DNA from: an uncultured Actinomycetota bacterium
GTDB taxonomy: Bacteria; Actinomycetota; Acidimicrobiia; Acidimicrobiales; Bog-793
Assembly: GCA_963758515.1 (NCBI GenBank)
Contig: CAVWVO010000001.1
Span: 529,110-593,109 of the forward strand
Direction of reading: 5' to 3'
Length of the DNA stretch: 64,000 nt
A program made the position numbers and the translations under genes. This document shows positions 1 to 10,637 of the stretch, piece by piece. Position 1 is the stretch's first letter. Each line of letters starts with the position of its first letter. The notes beneath the pieces are model-generated. The model searched no databases, was not told the DNA's origin, and saw only the letters and a program-made list of their open reading frames with translations.

Positions 1-23
1 CGGACAGTACCCGGCCCGGGCGC

Positions 24-1200
24 TCATCCGCCTACTTCTCGCAATGCCCGCTCCAACCGGCGCGCCAGCACCGAGTAGTCGAACTGCTCCTCGGCACGTC
101 GGCGAGCACGCCTCCCCGAGCCGGCGGCGCTCGACGTCGTCCTCGAGCAGGCGTCGCAGGGAAGCGGCGGCAGACTGGACATCGAGCGGATCCTCGAGGA
201 TGAGGCCTGTCTCACCGTGAATGACGGCCTCGCCGACGCCGCCGCTCAGTCCGGCCACCTGGGCGACTCCCGCCGCCGCCGCTTCGAGGAAGACGATCCC
301 GAAGCCTTCCTGCTCGAGGCCGAACCATCTGTTGCGACAGAGCATCGCCCACACGTCCGCCACACCGTCGAGGACCGGGAGGTCGTCGTCGCCCACTCGG
401 CCGAGGAACCGCACGGCCGACTCCGAGCCGCTGGCACGACCTGCCGGGGCCACATCCTCGACCACGCGCCTCGCCACGGCCTCCAGCCGCCGGCGGTCGC
501 GCCCGGTGCCGCCGATGGCGAGGGAGAGATCCGGCATCGGCTCGAGCAGCCGGCCGACGGCCCTGATGAGGACATCCATCCCTTTGCGGGGCACGAGCCG
601 GCTGACGCTCACGACGAGACGGCCCTCGACGGGCAGGCCCAGTCGCCGGCGGCCGGCGGCCCGCTCGGCATCGTCGAGCGGGCGGAACCGGTCGACGTCG
701 ATCCCTGGTGGGATGACGGAGACTGGCGGGATCCGCCTGCCGGCCACCCTCCTTGCTTCGGCCGCCGGGTAGCCACCGGCCGCCACGACGAGCGAGGCGC
801 CCCCGATCACCGAGGCGAGCAACTGCCTGGACCCCGGCAGCCGGCTCGGCACTGTGACCTCGGCGCCGTGAAGGACGAGGGCGTACGGGACACCGACGCC
901 AGGTCCGAGGATGCCGAGCGGGAGAGCCGGATCGAGCACGACGAGCCCTGCGCCGGCGGCCGCGACGAGGCTTCGCACCTCTCGTCCCAGAGCTGACGTC
1001 GGAAGGAGCAACTTCTGGGGAAGCCGCTCGATCCTGAAGGGCTGCGCGTGGTCGAACTCGGCTGTGCCCGGGCGGCCTCGCCCGCCGGTCAGCACGACGA
1101 ACTGATCAGACGGGAGACGCTTCCACAGCTCGTACAGATAGGTCTGGATCCCGCCCACCTTCGGCGGGAAGTCGTTCGTCACGAGGACGTGCGGACACAT
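24..1200 (-). CDS. GT4-family glycosyltransferase (PimB-like mannosyltransferase type); frame break near the C-terminus
   Basis: Hand translation of the minus strand from ATG 1200 gives MCPHVLVTNDFPPKVGGIQTYLYELWKRLP..., then ...RLVPRKGMDVLIRAV... and ...GIVFLEAAAAGVAQVAG..., which are GT4 hallmarks. That frame stays open to the window edge. The conserved C-terminus RRARRRAEEQFDYSVLARRLERALREVGG* is in the adjacent frame, stopping at 24. The shift maps to the C4 run at 114-117. Confidence 0.8.
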
Positions 1201-1206
1201 CGGCCC

Positions 1207-1416
1207 TCAGCCGACCCGCCGTTCGAAACGAAGGGAAGGCACGAGGCCCGCCCTCTGGAGCATCCTCACCGCCCTCACCTCGGCGGCGTCCACGATCTCG
1301 GCTGAAGCGGTCGGCCGCCGGCTCTCCGAGGACAGGAGGAACGTCACCACGCAGTCGTCACATGCCGCCGTGCCCTCGAGGCGGCACTCGTCGCAACTGA
1401 CAGTCACCTTGTCCAT
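1207..1416 (-). CDS. small Cys-rich conserved hypothetical protein
   Basis: 69-aa ORF (MDKVTVSCDECRLEGTAACDDCVVTF...) that ends 7 nt upstream of the GT4 start. Same-strand tight packing suggests an operon. Confidence 0.5.
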   Translation of the reverse strand: MDKVTVSCDECRLEGTAACDDCVVTFLLSSESRRPTASAEIVDAAEVRAVRMLQRAGLVPSLRFERRVG

Positions 1417-1543
1417 GTTCGCTCACGTCCCTTCGTCGGCGGATCCGTGCTCCGAGCAATGCGGAGATGATCGCAGCAGGGTGTGTCAATCACCGTCGGC
1501 GCCTCGGGCCTTTAGTGGCCGGCGCGGCGTCATGCGACCGGAG

Positions 1544-2887
1544 CTACACCGCGGCTTGCGTCGCCCGGCCCACCAGCTCCTGGAAGACGGCATAGCGGCA
1601 CGAAGCATGCTCCTGCCATTCCGGGTCCGGCTCCACGCTCCGCCCGACGGCGGCCCATCGGCTCGCCTCGCCGAGATCGGTCTCGAGGCCGGCCGCCAAC
1701 CGGGCGACGAAGGCTGCTCCAAGGGCTCCGCACTCCGGTACGGCCGCCACGTCGACCGGCAACCCCGTGCAGTCGGCGAGCGCTTGGATCCACTCCGGCC
1801 TGCCGGTCCCACCTCCTGTCGCGACGATGCGCCTGGCGTCGATCCCGGCAAGATCAATGTGCTGGCGGACGACGAACCCGGCCGCCTCGAAGGCCGCCCG
1901 CCGGACCGAGGCTCTGTCGTGGGTGATCTCGAGGCCGATCAGCGACGCCCGCCGGGAAAAGTCGTGCAGCGGCGTCCTTTCCCCGCGGGGATAGGGGGCC
2001 CAGACCGGCACGCTCGAAGGGTCGAGATGTTGCCCGGCAAGACCCGTGAGGCCGGTCGCCCAGTCGAGAAAAAGGCCGCCGGCGTTGCTGGCACCCCCGA
2101 TCAGGGTGCGCCCCGGCACGGTGTGGGGAACTGTCCAAAGGCCGGGCACCTCTTTCCAGGCGCCGGTGACGCTCCACACGACGAGGGTCGTGCCGCAGAT
2201 CACGAGGACGTCGCCCACCTCACTTGCACCCGCCACGATCTGCTCCGCGAGCGTGTCCACGATCCCGGAGGCCACGACCGTCTCCCCCACCTTCCCGATG
2301 GGCTCGCCGAGGCCGGCGATCTCAGGAAGCTGGGTAGCCGAGGCGCCGACGGCCGCCACGACGCGCTCGTCCCAGCCGTTCCCGTCAAAGAGGGGGGTCA
2401 TGGCGATTGCGGTCGTCACGTCGATCACTCCTGCGCCGGTAAGTGCGTAGTTCGCCACGGCCTGGACGGGCCAGTAGCCAGCCGCGTTCGGCGTTGAGGT
2501 GGCGAGGTGGCGGAGCAGCTCGGGCGCTCGGCCGATCGGCAGGGCGAGGAATTCCGGCGCCACCGAGCCGCGGGTGTCGCCGTAGAGCAGGCCGGCGGAA
2601 CGGGGGCGCCCCTGCTTGTCCACGGCTGCCATTGACGGCACGAGCGCCGCCACACAGACGGCCCTCGGCGTCGGCGTCCCGCCGGCCACGAGGGCGGCGA
2701 GAGCCTGCTGGGGTGCCTGGCGCCATGCTCGTCGTGCGTCGTGCTCCATCCGCTCAGAGGAGGGAAGCCCGAGGCGGTTGGGGAGCCGCACGCGAGCGTG
2801 CACAGTGCCCTCACCGTCGACGGCAACTGCCTTCAAAGCGCTCGACCCGATGTCGATCCCCACGCTGACCTCGAGGCGCCTCGTCAT
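1544..2887 (-). CDS. FGGY-family carbohydrate kinase (xylulokinase/glycerol kinase-like)
   Basis: Intact 447-aa ORF. N-terminal VGIDIGSSALKAVAVD and C-terminal ATGGG motifs are typical of FGGY kinases. Confidence 0.85.
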   Translation of the reverse strand: MTRRLEVSVGIDIGSSALKAVAVDGEGTVHARVRLPNRLGLPSSERMEHDARRAWRQAPQQALAALVAGGTPTPRAVCVAALVPSMAAVDKQGRPRSAGLLYGDTRGSVAPEFLALPIGRAPELLRHLATSTPNAAGYWPVQAVANYALTGAGVIDVTTAIAMTPLFDGNGWDERVVAAVGASATQLPEIAGLGEPIGKVGETVVASGIVDTLAEQIVAGASEVGDVLVICGTTLVVWSVTGAWKEVPGLWTVPHTVPGRTLIGGASNAGGLFLDWATGLTGLAGQHLDPSSVPVWAPYPRGERTPLHDFSRRASLIGLEITHDRASVRRAAFEAAGFVVRQHIDLAGIDARRIVATGGGTGRPEWIQALADCTGLPVDVAAVPECGALGAAFVARLAAGLETDLGEASRWAAVGRSVEPDPEWQEHASCRYAVFQELVGRATQAAV

Positions 2888-3010
2888 CTCGCTCGTGACG
2901 CTACCGGCTGTGACCGGGAAAGGCCATGGCGTCGCCCGCCGGCGACCGCGAGGAGGGGCGGCCCGGGCGCGCCCTCAGCTCTCAGACGACGGTGGGGAGC
3001 TGACCGCTCT

Positions 3011-3613
3011 TCAATGCTGTCCTGACAGCTGTGCCGCAAGAGCCCTGAAAGCACGGCCGCGGTGCGATATTGCTTCCTTCTCACCGGTAGTCATCTCACT
3101 GAAGGTCCTGCCGTCCCCGCCGTCAGGCTCGAAGACGGGGTCGTAGCCGAAGCCTGCCCCTCCCCTCCGGGCGAAGGCGATCCGGCCGACGACGGCGCCC
3201 TCGGCGACAAGCTCAGATCCGTCGGGGAACCGGGCGAGGGCAACGGTGACAAAACGAGCCCGACGACGCTCGATCGGAACCCCGGCGAGAGCCTCCAGCA
3301 ACTTGGCGACGTTGTCGCCGTAGGAGGCACCCTCCCCCGCATAGCGCGCCGTCCGCACTCCAGGCGCCCCGCCGAGGGCTTCGACCTCGAGGCCCGTGTC
3401 ATCGGCGATGGCAGCCTCGCCGGTCAAGGCGACGAGGGCTAGAGCCTTGATCCGGGCGTTCTCGGTCAGGCTCTCCCCCGTCTCTGCAACCTCCGGCAGG
3501 TCTGGGGGCCGAGGCAACAAGTCGACTTCGGGAAGCGCCGCCGCCAGCATCGCGACGATCTCAGCGGCCTTGTCAGGATTCGCCGTCGCGAGGAAGAAGC
3601 GCCCGCCTGTCAC
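3011..3613 (-). CDS. rdgB: non-canonical purine NTP pyrophosphatase RdgB/HAM1
   Basis: Sequence from the GTG at 3613 reads [19 protein letters not shown]...FGYDPVF...SHRGRAF. The start overlaps the rph stop as GTGA (3610-3613). The rph-rdgB order matches Mycobacterium. Confidence 0.9.
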   Translation of the reverse strand: MTGGRFFLATANPDKAAEIVAMLAAALPEVDLLPRPPDLPEVAETGESLTENARIKALALVALTGEAAIADDTGLEVEALGGAPGVRTARYAGEGASYGDNVAKLLEALAGVPIERRRARFVTVALARFPDGSELVAEGAVVGRIAFARRGGAGFGYDPVFEPDGGDGRTFSEMTTGEKEAISHRGRAFRALAAQLSGQH

Positions 3614-4373
3614 TCCGGCGGGTGCAAAGCGGGCGCGACCGAGAGCAACTCCTCCTCGAGCCGGTCCAACTGGCGGATCCCGGCTTCTGCTGTAGCGAGC
3701 AGCGCGTCGAGCTCGGCACGACTGAATGGCAGCCCTTCGGCGGTTCCCTGCACCTCGACGAACCGCCCTGAGCTCGGTCATGACCACGTTCATGTCCACT
3801 TGGGCCCGCGAATCCTCGGAATAGTCGAGATCGAGCATCGGCACGCCGTCGACGATTCCCACCGAGACAGCCGCCAGGTGCTCCCGCAGCGGGTGGGACT
3901 CGATGAGCGCCAGCCGAAAGCAGTCGGCTGCAGGCATCGTGGAGAGCCAGGTAGGCCCCGCAGACTGCCGCCGTCCGCGTGCCACCGTCGGCCTGCAGCA
4001 CATCGCAATCGAGGACCACCTGGCGCTCGCCGAGCGCCACGAGGTCGCAGACGGCTCTGAGCGACCGGCCGATCAGCCGCTGGATCTCCTGGGTTCTACC
4101 GGTCTGCTTGCCGCGGGCCGCTTCCCTGCTGATCCGCTCACGGGAAGAGCCAGGTAGAAGCGAGTACTCGGCCGTCACCCAGCCGCGGCCCGTGCCCCGC
4201 ATCCAGCGGGGCACCTCCGGCTCGACCGAAGCCGTGCAGAGGACGCGGGTCCGCCCCATCGAGACGAGAGCCGAGCCGGCGGCGAACTCGGTGAAGTCCC
4301 GGTCGAACTGGATCGGGCGCATCTCGTCGGCGACCCGGCCGTCGCGTCGCCGCATTGTCTCGCTCACCGTCAT
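3610..4373 (-). pseudogene. rph: ribonuclease PH, interrupted by two +/-1 frame breaks (about 3910 and 3770)
   Basis: The N-terminal part [17 protein letters not shown]...VLCTASVE...[21 protein letters not shown] is in one frame. [45 protein letters not shown] is in a second frame. [26 protein letters not shown]...HPPE* (hand translated) is in the third. Confidence 0.85.
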
Positions 4374-4438
4374 CGTCCGAAGGCTTACCGCCTCCACGGC
4401 GCCTGCAGCAAGAGCGATCCGGCCACGGTTGTCAGCGC

Positions 4439-5237
4439 TCAGAACGACAATTGCTCTGCGACGGAGAGCTCCGGCCCGAGCAAACGCCGGCCCATGGCGG
4501 CGAACCAGGCGATGTCACCCGAGGAGATGAACCGGTGGCGGCCTGATCCGCAAGCCGCTCCGGAGCGGCCGGCCGAGGAGGATAAGGCTTCGGACGTCGA
4601 AGGCGGTCTCCTCGGCCGAAGAGACGAGCACGACCTCACGACCCATCACGTCGGCGATCGTCCGGGCGAGGAACGGGTAGTGGGTGCAGCCGAGCAACAA
4701 CGTGTCGACCTCTGCTTCCATGAGTGGGGCGAGCAGCCGCTCTGCGAGCACGTGCACCTGGTCGCTGTCGGTCTCGCCCCGCTCGACGAACTCGACGAAG
4801 CCCGGGCAGGCAGCACAAGTGACTGTCACCTCGGGAGCGATCTCTGCGGCAAGGTCCTGGTAGGCACCCGATCCGATCGTCCCCACGGTCCCGATGACGC
4901 CGATGCGCCCGGTGCGTGTCGCCTGGGCGGCCGCCCGCATGCCGGGCTCGAGGACACCCACCACCGGGACGGGCAGGTCCGACACGAGGTCGCCCGAAGG
5001 CCACCGAGGCGGCTGTGTTGCACGCCACGACGACGAGCTTGGCATCGAACTCCTTCACGAGGTGGCGACCGATCTCGAGCGCGAACGAACGTACCTCCTC
5101 CGCCGGCCGTGGTCCGTACGGATAGCGTCCCGTGTCACCGATGTAGACGATCTGCTCGCCTGGCAAGAGGTCGATCAGGGCTCGTACTACCGTCAAGCCT
5201 CCAAAGCCGCTGTCGAAGATGCCGATCGGCCGGTCAT
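4439..5237 (-). pseudogene. murI: glutamate racemase, at least 3 frame breaks (about 5228, 4995, 4570)
   Basis: [39 protein letters not shown]...VVACNTA is in one frame. [12 protein letters not shown]...[10 protein letters not shown]...[11 protein letters not shown] is in another. The C-terminal [21 protein letters not shown] is in a third. The only ATG (5237) is out of frame with the PIGIFDSG segment. Confidence 0.85.
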
Positions 5238-5319
5238 CGGCTGCTGGTCGGCTGGCGCTGCGAACGGCACAGGTTGCAACCGTAACCGGCCGCCTTCACG
5301 CCCGGCCGGTGCTCGCCCC

Positions 5320-6269
<950 letters not shown>

Positions 6270-6289
6270 GGCCCCAGCAGCTCCGGCGG

Positions 6290-6565
6290 TCAGGCGCCCC
6301 CGGCGACGGCCGGGAGGATCGAGACGACGTCGTCCGGGCCGACGGGGGTGTCGAGCTGACGCAGGTAGCGGACGTCGTCGTCGTTCACATAGACGTTCAC
6401 GAAGCGGTGCAGCCCACCTTCGCTTGTCAGCACTTGGCCCGCCATCGCCGGGTACGTCTCCTGGAGGGCCTCGAGCAGCTGCCGGATGGTGCTCCCCTCG
6501 ACATTCACGACCGACTGGCCACTCGCCGCCGGACGGAGCACGGTGGGAAGGCGAATTGAGCTCAC
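6290..6565 (-). CDS. cysO: MoaD/ThiS-family sulfur carrier protein CysO
   Basis: 91-aa ORF ending ...ILPAVAGGA, a Gly-Gly plus one residue. It lies between the JAMM protease and the cysteine synthase, as in M. tuberculosis Rv1334-1336. Confidence 0.8.
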   Translation of the reverse strand: MSSIRLPTVLRPAASGQSVVNVEGSTIRQLLEALQETYPAMAGQVLTSEGGLHRFVNVYVNDDDVRYLRQLDTPVGPDDVVSILPAVAGGA

Positions 6566-6601
6566 GACTGCCTCCAGAAAGTTGACCCCTCAGGTCATAT
6601 T

Positions 6602-7030
6602 CTACCTGTGGACCACAACCACAGGCTCCTCGGAGATGTTCCCGTCGACGATCCGGAAGGACCGCGTGGAAGGGAGCTCGTGGCGGAGCGAGATCACGAC
6701 GTAGTGCCAGCCAGGGTCCGGCGCCTGCCCGACATCGGTCGGCGATGGCCACGGGTCGGTGTGGGTGTGGGAGTGGAACACTCCGATTATCTCGACGCCG
6801 TTCGCCTCTGCGGCCAGGTCCACCCTCAGGTGCTCACCCGGGTCGACCGTGTACACCTGGGCGGACGCGGCCGCGTTGCGGGTGGCGTGGACCGACACGA
6901 CGTCGCCGAGGGCGGGGTCGCCGGTGAGGAGGCCGCAGCCTTCTTCGGGAAAGCAGCGCAGGCAGTGCGCCACCATCTCGGCGAGCTGGGCCGAGCTCAC
7001 CCGCAGGGCTGAAGGCATCGTGTCGACCAT
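6602..7030 (-). CDS. mec: JAMM/MPN+ metalloprotease Mec (CysO C-terminal processing)
   Basis: EEGCGLL... and [17 protein letters not shown] (the JAMM HxHx7Sx2D motif) are present. Candidate ATGs are at 7030 and 7018. Confidence 0.8.
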   Translation of the reverse strand: MVDTMPSALRVSSAQLAEMVAHCLRCFPEEGCGLLTGDPALGDVVSVHATRNAAASAQVYTVDPGEHLRVDLAAEANGVEIIGVFHSHTHTDPWPSPTDVGQAPDPGWHYVVISLRHELPSTRSFRIVDGNISEEPVVVVHR

Positions 7031-7119
7031 CCTGCCATCGTGCGCGCTGATCCGTGCCCGGGTAGCGTCTCGTGGCGTGCCCCGACGTGCTGCTTCTCGC
7101 AAGGCGGACAGCCGTGCCG

Positions 7120-7591
7120 ATGCCGCCCTCGGGATCCAACGAGTGGCCCAGAACCGGCGGGCTCGCCACGAGTACGACATCCTCGAGACCTACGAGTGCG
7201 GCATCGCTCTCACCGGAGCCGAGGTCAAGTCGCTCCGAGCAGGCAGATCTCTCTCCAGGACGCCTATGCACGCATCGACCGCGGCGAGGCGTGGCTCGTG
7301 GGCGCCCACGTGGCTCCGTACGAGTACGCGAGCGGGTTCGGCCGCTTCGACCCCGACCGGCCCCGCAAGCTCCTCCTCCACCGCGAGCAGATCGACGAGC
7401 TGGCCGGCGTCGTGGCCCAGAAGTCGCTCACGCTCGTCCCGCTCTCGGTCTACTTCAAGGACGGCCGGGCGAAGGTCGAGATCGGCCTCGCGAGGGGAAG
7501 GCGCCTCTACGACAAGCGGCGGGCTCTCGCCGAGCGCGACGCCTCCCGTGAGGCGGCCCGGGTCATAAAAGAGCACCAAGGCCGCCGCTGA
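7120..7591 (+). pseudogene. smpB: SsrA-binding protein SmpB, frame break at about 7245 and possibly about 7140
   Basis: [34 protein letters not shown] is in one frame. [23 protein letters not shown]...[12 protein letters not shown]...[21 protein letters not shown] continues in another. An alternative in-frame start for the first segment is GTG 7143. The tmRNA gene follows. Confidence 0.85.
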
Positions 7592-7761
7592 GTGAAGTCA
7601 CCGGCCGGCGGCGGTTCTCCACGGTCGTACGTCTGCTCGGCAGCAGTCGAGTGGTGCCGTCGTGATCAAGCGCCGGGGACGCCCTGTACGATGGAACGGC
7701 ACGACCTACCGTGGCGCCAGGTGGCCGTGCGCCTGCCGGCGGCGTCGATGATTACAACCAC

Positions 7762-8111
7762 GGGGGTGACAGGCTTCGACTCCGGTCGTCGAGATGGGAG
7801 AAGCGAGCCGTGGTCTCCGGAGCCACGTTAAAGAGCCGGAAACCAATACAAACGCCGAGCCTCAGCTCGCGCTTGCCGCCTAAATAACGGCAACGTCTGC
7901 CCGGTCCCAGCCCCGCGGATCGGTCGCAGGCGTCATCTAGCGGGGATCACCCGGACGACGATGCTGACACGTCGCCCGGGGACACTTTGGTCAGCTGGGG
8001 GCTCGCCTTCCTGCCGGTGGTAGGGCGAGCCCCGAGACTCAACCGCCGGCTGCGCTCGGAGAAGTCCCATCAAGAAGCTGGAGGACGCGGGTTCGACTCC
8101 CGCCACCTCCA
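7762..8111 (+). ncRNA. ssrA: tmRNA (transfer-messenger RNA)
   Basis: The 5' GGGGGUG pairs with the 3' CACCUCC plus discriminator A, including the G3:U pair. A T-arm GGACGCGGGUUCGACUCCCGCC lies at the 3' end. The internal tag ORF gcc gag cct cag ctc gcg ctt gcc gcc taa (7854-7883) encodes AEPQLALAA*. It lies immediately downstream of smpB. Confidence 0.85.
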
Positions 8112-8172
8112 CTCGAAGATCAGCCAGAGATACAGGGCCGCTCCTGACGAGGGTCCGCCGCCCGCAGGAACC

Positions 8173-9732
8173 TCACCGGCGAACCTGGATCCGCACGTTG
8201 GTGATCGGCGTGATGTACGCCTCGCCCAGCTGGGCACGGCGGGGAGAGATGTCCACCGGGATCGCCGCGCGGGGCCGGCCGGCCGGAAACGCCTTCACCA
8301 CGAGCTCTTGGACCTGCACAGGCTCAACCGGCGTCAGGTGGATCATGCACAACAGCTCCCCGTTCTGGCCCGGGATGGACCAGGTGATGTCGGCAGGTGT
8401 CACGGCGGAGACGATCTCGGGCCGGACGCCGGGATCGAGGAGCGGGCCTACCTCGTCGACGAGGCGCTCGATGTCGGCACGGCGCTCCGAGAGCGGGCGG
8501 TCGAAGTCGACGTTGGAGGCAAGGACGTCCGTCGCCAGCTCGTCGTCCCATCCCCGGATCAGCTCCTCTACCCGGGCCTGCAGCTCCACGGTCTCCGGCC
8601 AGAGGGCGACCGTCGACGCGGGAGCCGCGTGCCGGGACAGAGCTCGCCCGAGCGCCTCCTTGCAGAGGGCGATCGGGTCGCCGCGGTGGCTGTTGGTGAG
8701 GACGATCGCGCCATGACCCGAGACGGGGTGCCACGTCATGAACAGCTTGAACCCCGGTAAGCCCCCGGCGTGCGAGAGAAACGTCCCCCGGTGCAGATCC
8801 GTGCTCACCCGAAGTCCGAGTGCGTATCCTCCGTGCGCCGCCTGGATCGAGCCGTTGGTGCCGACGACGAGCTCCGGCGGGTCCGCGACATGGATCCGCT
8901 GGAGATCCCGGCGTGACGTCCGACTCAAGATGGCGTTCGGGTCGTCGCCTCGCGGCGGGCGGAGCGCCGATCCAAGCCACGTGATCCATGTCGCGAGGTC
9001 GCGGACGGTGCTCACGATGCCCCCGGCGGCGGCGAAGGCGTCCGACGTCTGGGGCGGGAACGGGACCCAGTTCCCGTTCGCGTCGAGGGAGTACCCGGTC
9101 GCGCGGTCGAGGCCCGCCGGGACGGCACTGTCGAAGAACGTGGAGGTGAGGCCGAGCGGGCGCAGCAGGACGTCCGTCACGTAGTCCTCGAGGGGGCGGC
9201 CGACGGCACGGCCGACGGCGAGGCCGGCGAGCGCGAACCCGAGATTGGAGTACTCGAACTGAGCGCCGGGATAGTGGCTGAAGCGGATGCCCCGGCTGAT
9301 CTGGGCCAGCAGCACCTCGGTCGGGAGGTTGATGAACGGGTCGACCCACGAGTTGTCCTCTGTGAGGCCGCCGCACATGCTGAACAGCATCTCTATCGTC
9401 GGCGGGCTCTCGACGGCGACGCCTTCGCCGCTCATGACGAACTCGGGCACGTGGGCGGTGATCGGGTCGTTCAGGGAGAGGTAGCCATCGTCGCGCGCCA
9501 CGAGAGCGGCACAGGCGACGAAGCTCTTGGACATGGAGGCGATGGGGAACACCGTGTCGGCGTCCGGGACGAGGCCGTCCTCGTTGGCTGCGCCGAACCC
9601 GCTGCAGTGGACGAGCCCCTCTTCATTCGTGAGGCCGTAGACCAATCCACGCGCCTGGTCCGCTGCTGTGTACTGAGCGAAGAACGCGTCGAGCTCGGCC
9701 TCCAAGGGGACGGGGATGGTCTCTTCGGACAT
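8173..9732 (-). CDS. serine hydrolase, beta-lactamase/transpeptidase-like (S12-type) family
   Basis: Intact ORF with the SxxK motif (PIASMSKSF) and a YSN motif (FEYSNLGF). There is no obvious signal peptide. The ATG at 9732 is preferred over the TTG at 9744. Confidence 0.85.
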   Translation of the reverse strand: MSEETIPVPLEAELDAFFAQYTAADQARGLVYGLTNEEGLVHCSGFGAANEDGLVPDADTVFPIASMSKSFVACAALVARDDGYLSLNDPITAHVPEFVMSGEGVAVESPPTIEMLFSMCGGLTEDNSWVDPFINLPTEVLLAQISRGIRFSHYPGAQFEYSNLGFALAGLAVGRAVGRPLEDYVTDVLLRPLGLTSTFFDSAVPAGLDRATGYSLDANGNWVPFPPQTSDAFAAAGGIVSTVRDLATWITWLGSALRPPRGDDPNAILSRTSRRDLQRIHVADPPELVVGTNGSIQAAHGGYALGLRVSTDLHRGTFLSHAGGLPGFKLFMTWHPVSGHGAIVLTNSHRGDPIALCKEALGRALSRHAAPASTVALWPETVELQARVEELIRGWDDELATDVLASNVDFDRPLSERRADIERLVDEVGPLLDPGVRPEIVSAVTPADITWSIPGQNGELLCMIHLTPVEPVQVQELVVKAFPAGRPRAAIPVDISPRRAQLGEAYITPITNVRIQVRR

Positions 9733-10065
9733 GGGTCCTCCCAAGGCTGTGCGTCAAGTGCCGTGTCCGGCGTGGTCGCGCCAACGCTAGGTCGCGGTCG
9801 GGTGCACCGACGCTGTGCGAAAGGACAGATCTCGGCGAGCGGGTTCGGCCGATGCTTCGAGGGAAGGTGCCCGGGCACCGATAGGAGCCGCTGATGTCGC
9901 TGCGGCCGCGGCGGGTGACCGACAGCGCAGGGCCCCGACAAGACGGACTAACTGCACAAGCCATGTCCACGCCATTGCCGGGCGGGCATCAGCCCTTTCA
10001 GAGCGCTTCCCGGACTGAGCTAAACTAACCACGGTCAGTGATCTTGTAAGTGCGAGGAGTGATAA

Positions 10066-10509
10066 ATGTTTGGAAGTCGACGAGCACAACAGCGCCCACT
10101 CAGCATTGGTGGACGTCACCGCCAGTGGCTTGTAAAGGCAGGCGTGTCTGCCGTCCTCTTCTCTGGGATCGGGTTGGTATCAGCTGCAACCGCCCTCGCA
10201 GCTCCGAGCGCAGTCGGTGCGGCTACCTCGGCCGTGTCCGCGGCAGGGGCAACAAACCTCGCCGGCGAGGCTTGGAACGGCGAGGCTTGGAACGGCGAGG
10301 CTTGGAACGGCGAGGCCTGGAACGGCGAGGCCTGGAACGGCGAGGCCTGGAACGGCGAGGCCTGGAACGGCGAGGCGTGGAACGGCGAGGCCTGGAACGG
10401 CGAGGCCTGGAACGGCGAGACGGCCGGCGAGGCGTGGAACGGCAAGACGGCCGGTGAGGCATGGAATGGAGGGGTCGCCGCCACCTCGAACGGTGAGGCT
10501 TGGAACTGA
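10066..10509 (+). CDS. secreted-type tandem pentapeptide (GEAWN)n repeat protein, function unknown
   Basis: SD-like GAGGAG lies 7 nt upstream of the ATG. The N-terminus has a basic n-region, a hydrophobic h-region (AGVSAVLFSGIGLVSAATALA) and an AxA site. The rest is 13 GEAWN units, and the protein ends exactly on a unit. All inter-unit DNA differences are synonymous in this frame only. Confidence 0.7.
   Translation: MFGSRRAQQRPLSIGGRHRQWLVKAGVSAVLFSGIGLVSAATALAAPSAVGAATSAVSAAGATNLAGEAWNGEAWNGEAWNGEAWNGEAWNGEAWNGEAWNGEAWNGEAWNGEAWNGETAGEAWNGKTAGEAWNGGVAATSNGEAWN
10264..10506 (+). repeat. 15-bp tandem repeat ggcgaggcNtggaac: 10 contiguous copies plus 3 interspersed copies
   Basis: Direct reading shows units at 10264-10413 (10 copies; the variable base is gct x3, gcc x4, gcg, gcc x2). 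Further units lie at 10426-10440, 10453-10467 and 10492-10506, separated by 12-24 nt spacers (GETA, GKTA, GGVAATSN). Confidence 0.95.
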
Positions 10510-10637
10510 TCGCCTAGCGGAAATGGCGTGCGAGACAGCAACCTTTTAAGCGAAGACGGCCAACAGCCCACGAAAAGGGCAGACGCTCCATTTGGTAAGC
10601 TGCAGAAGGGCCTCGTTGAACAACAAGCGGGCTTGGC

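Noticed and set aside
217-2497. Long plus-strand ORFs (217-996, 1370-2497) and many similar ones elsewhere (for example 20307-21545 minus, 23273-24475 minus, 38550-39953 minus, 42697-44112 minus, 30841-32478 plus)
   Set aside because: Their translations are Arg/Pro/Gly/Ala-rich and have no recognisable motifs. They lie antisense to, or out of frame with, genes that carry clear family signatures. These are typical shadow ORFs of very GC-rich DNA.
10264-10506. CRISPR array
   Set aside because: The repeats are 15 bp and directly abutting, with no unique spacers of CRISPR size. No cas genes are present in the window.
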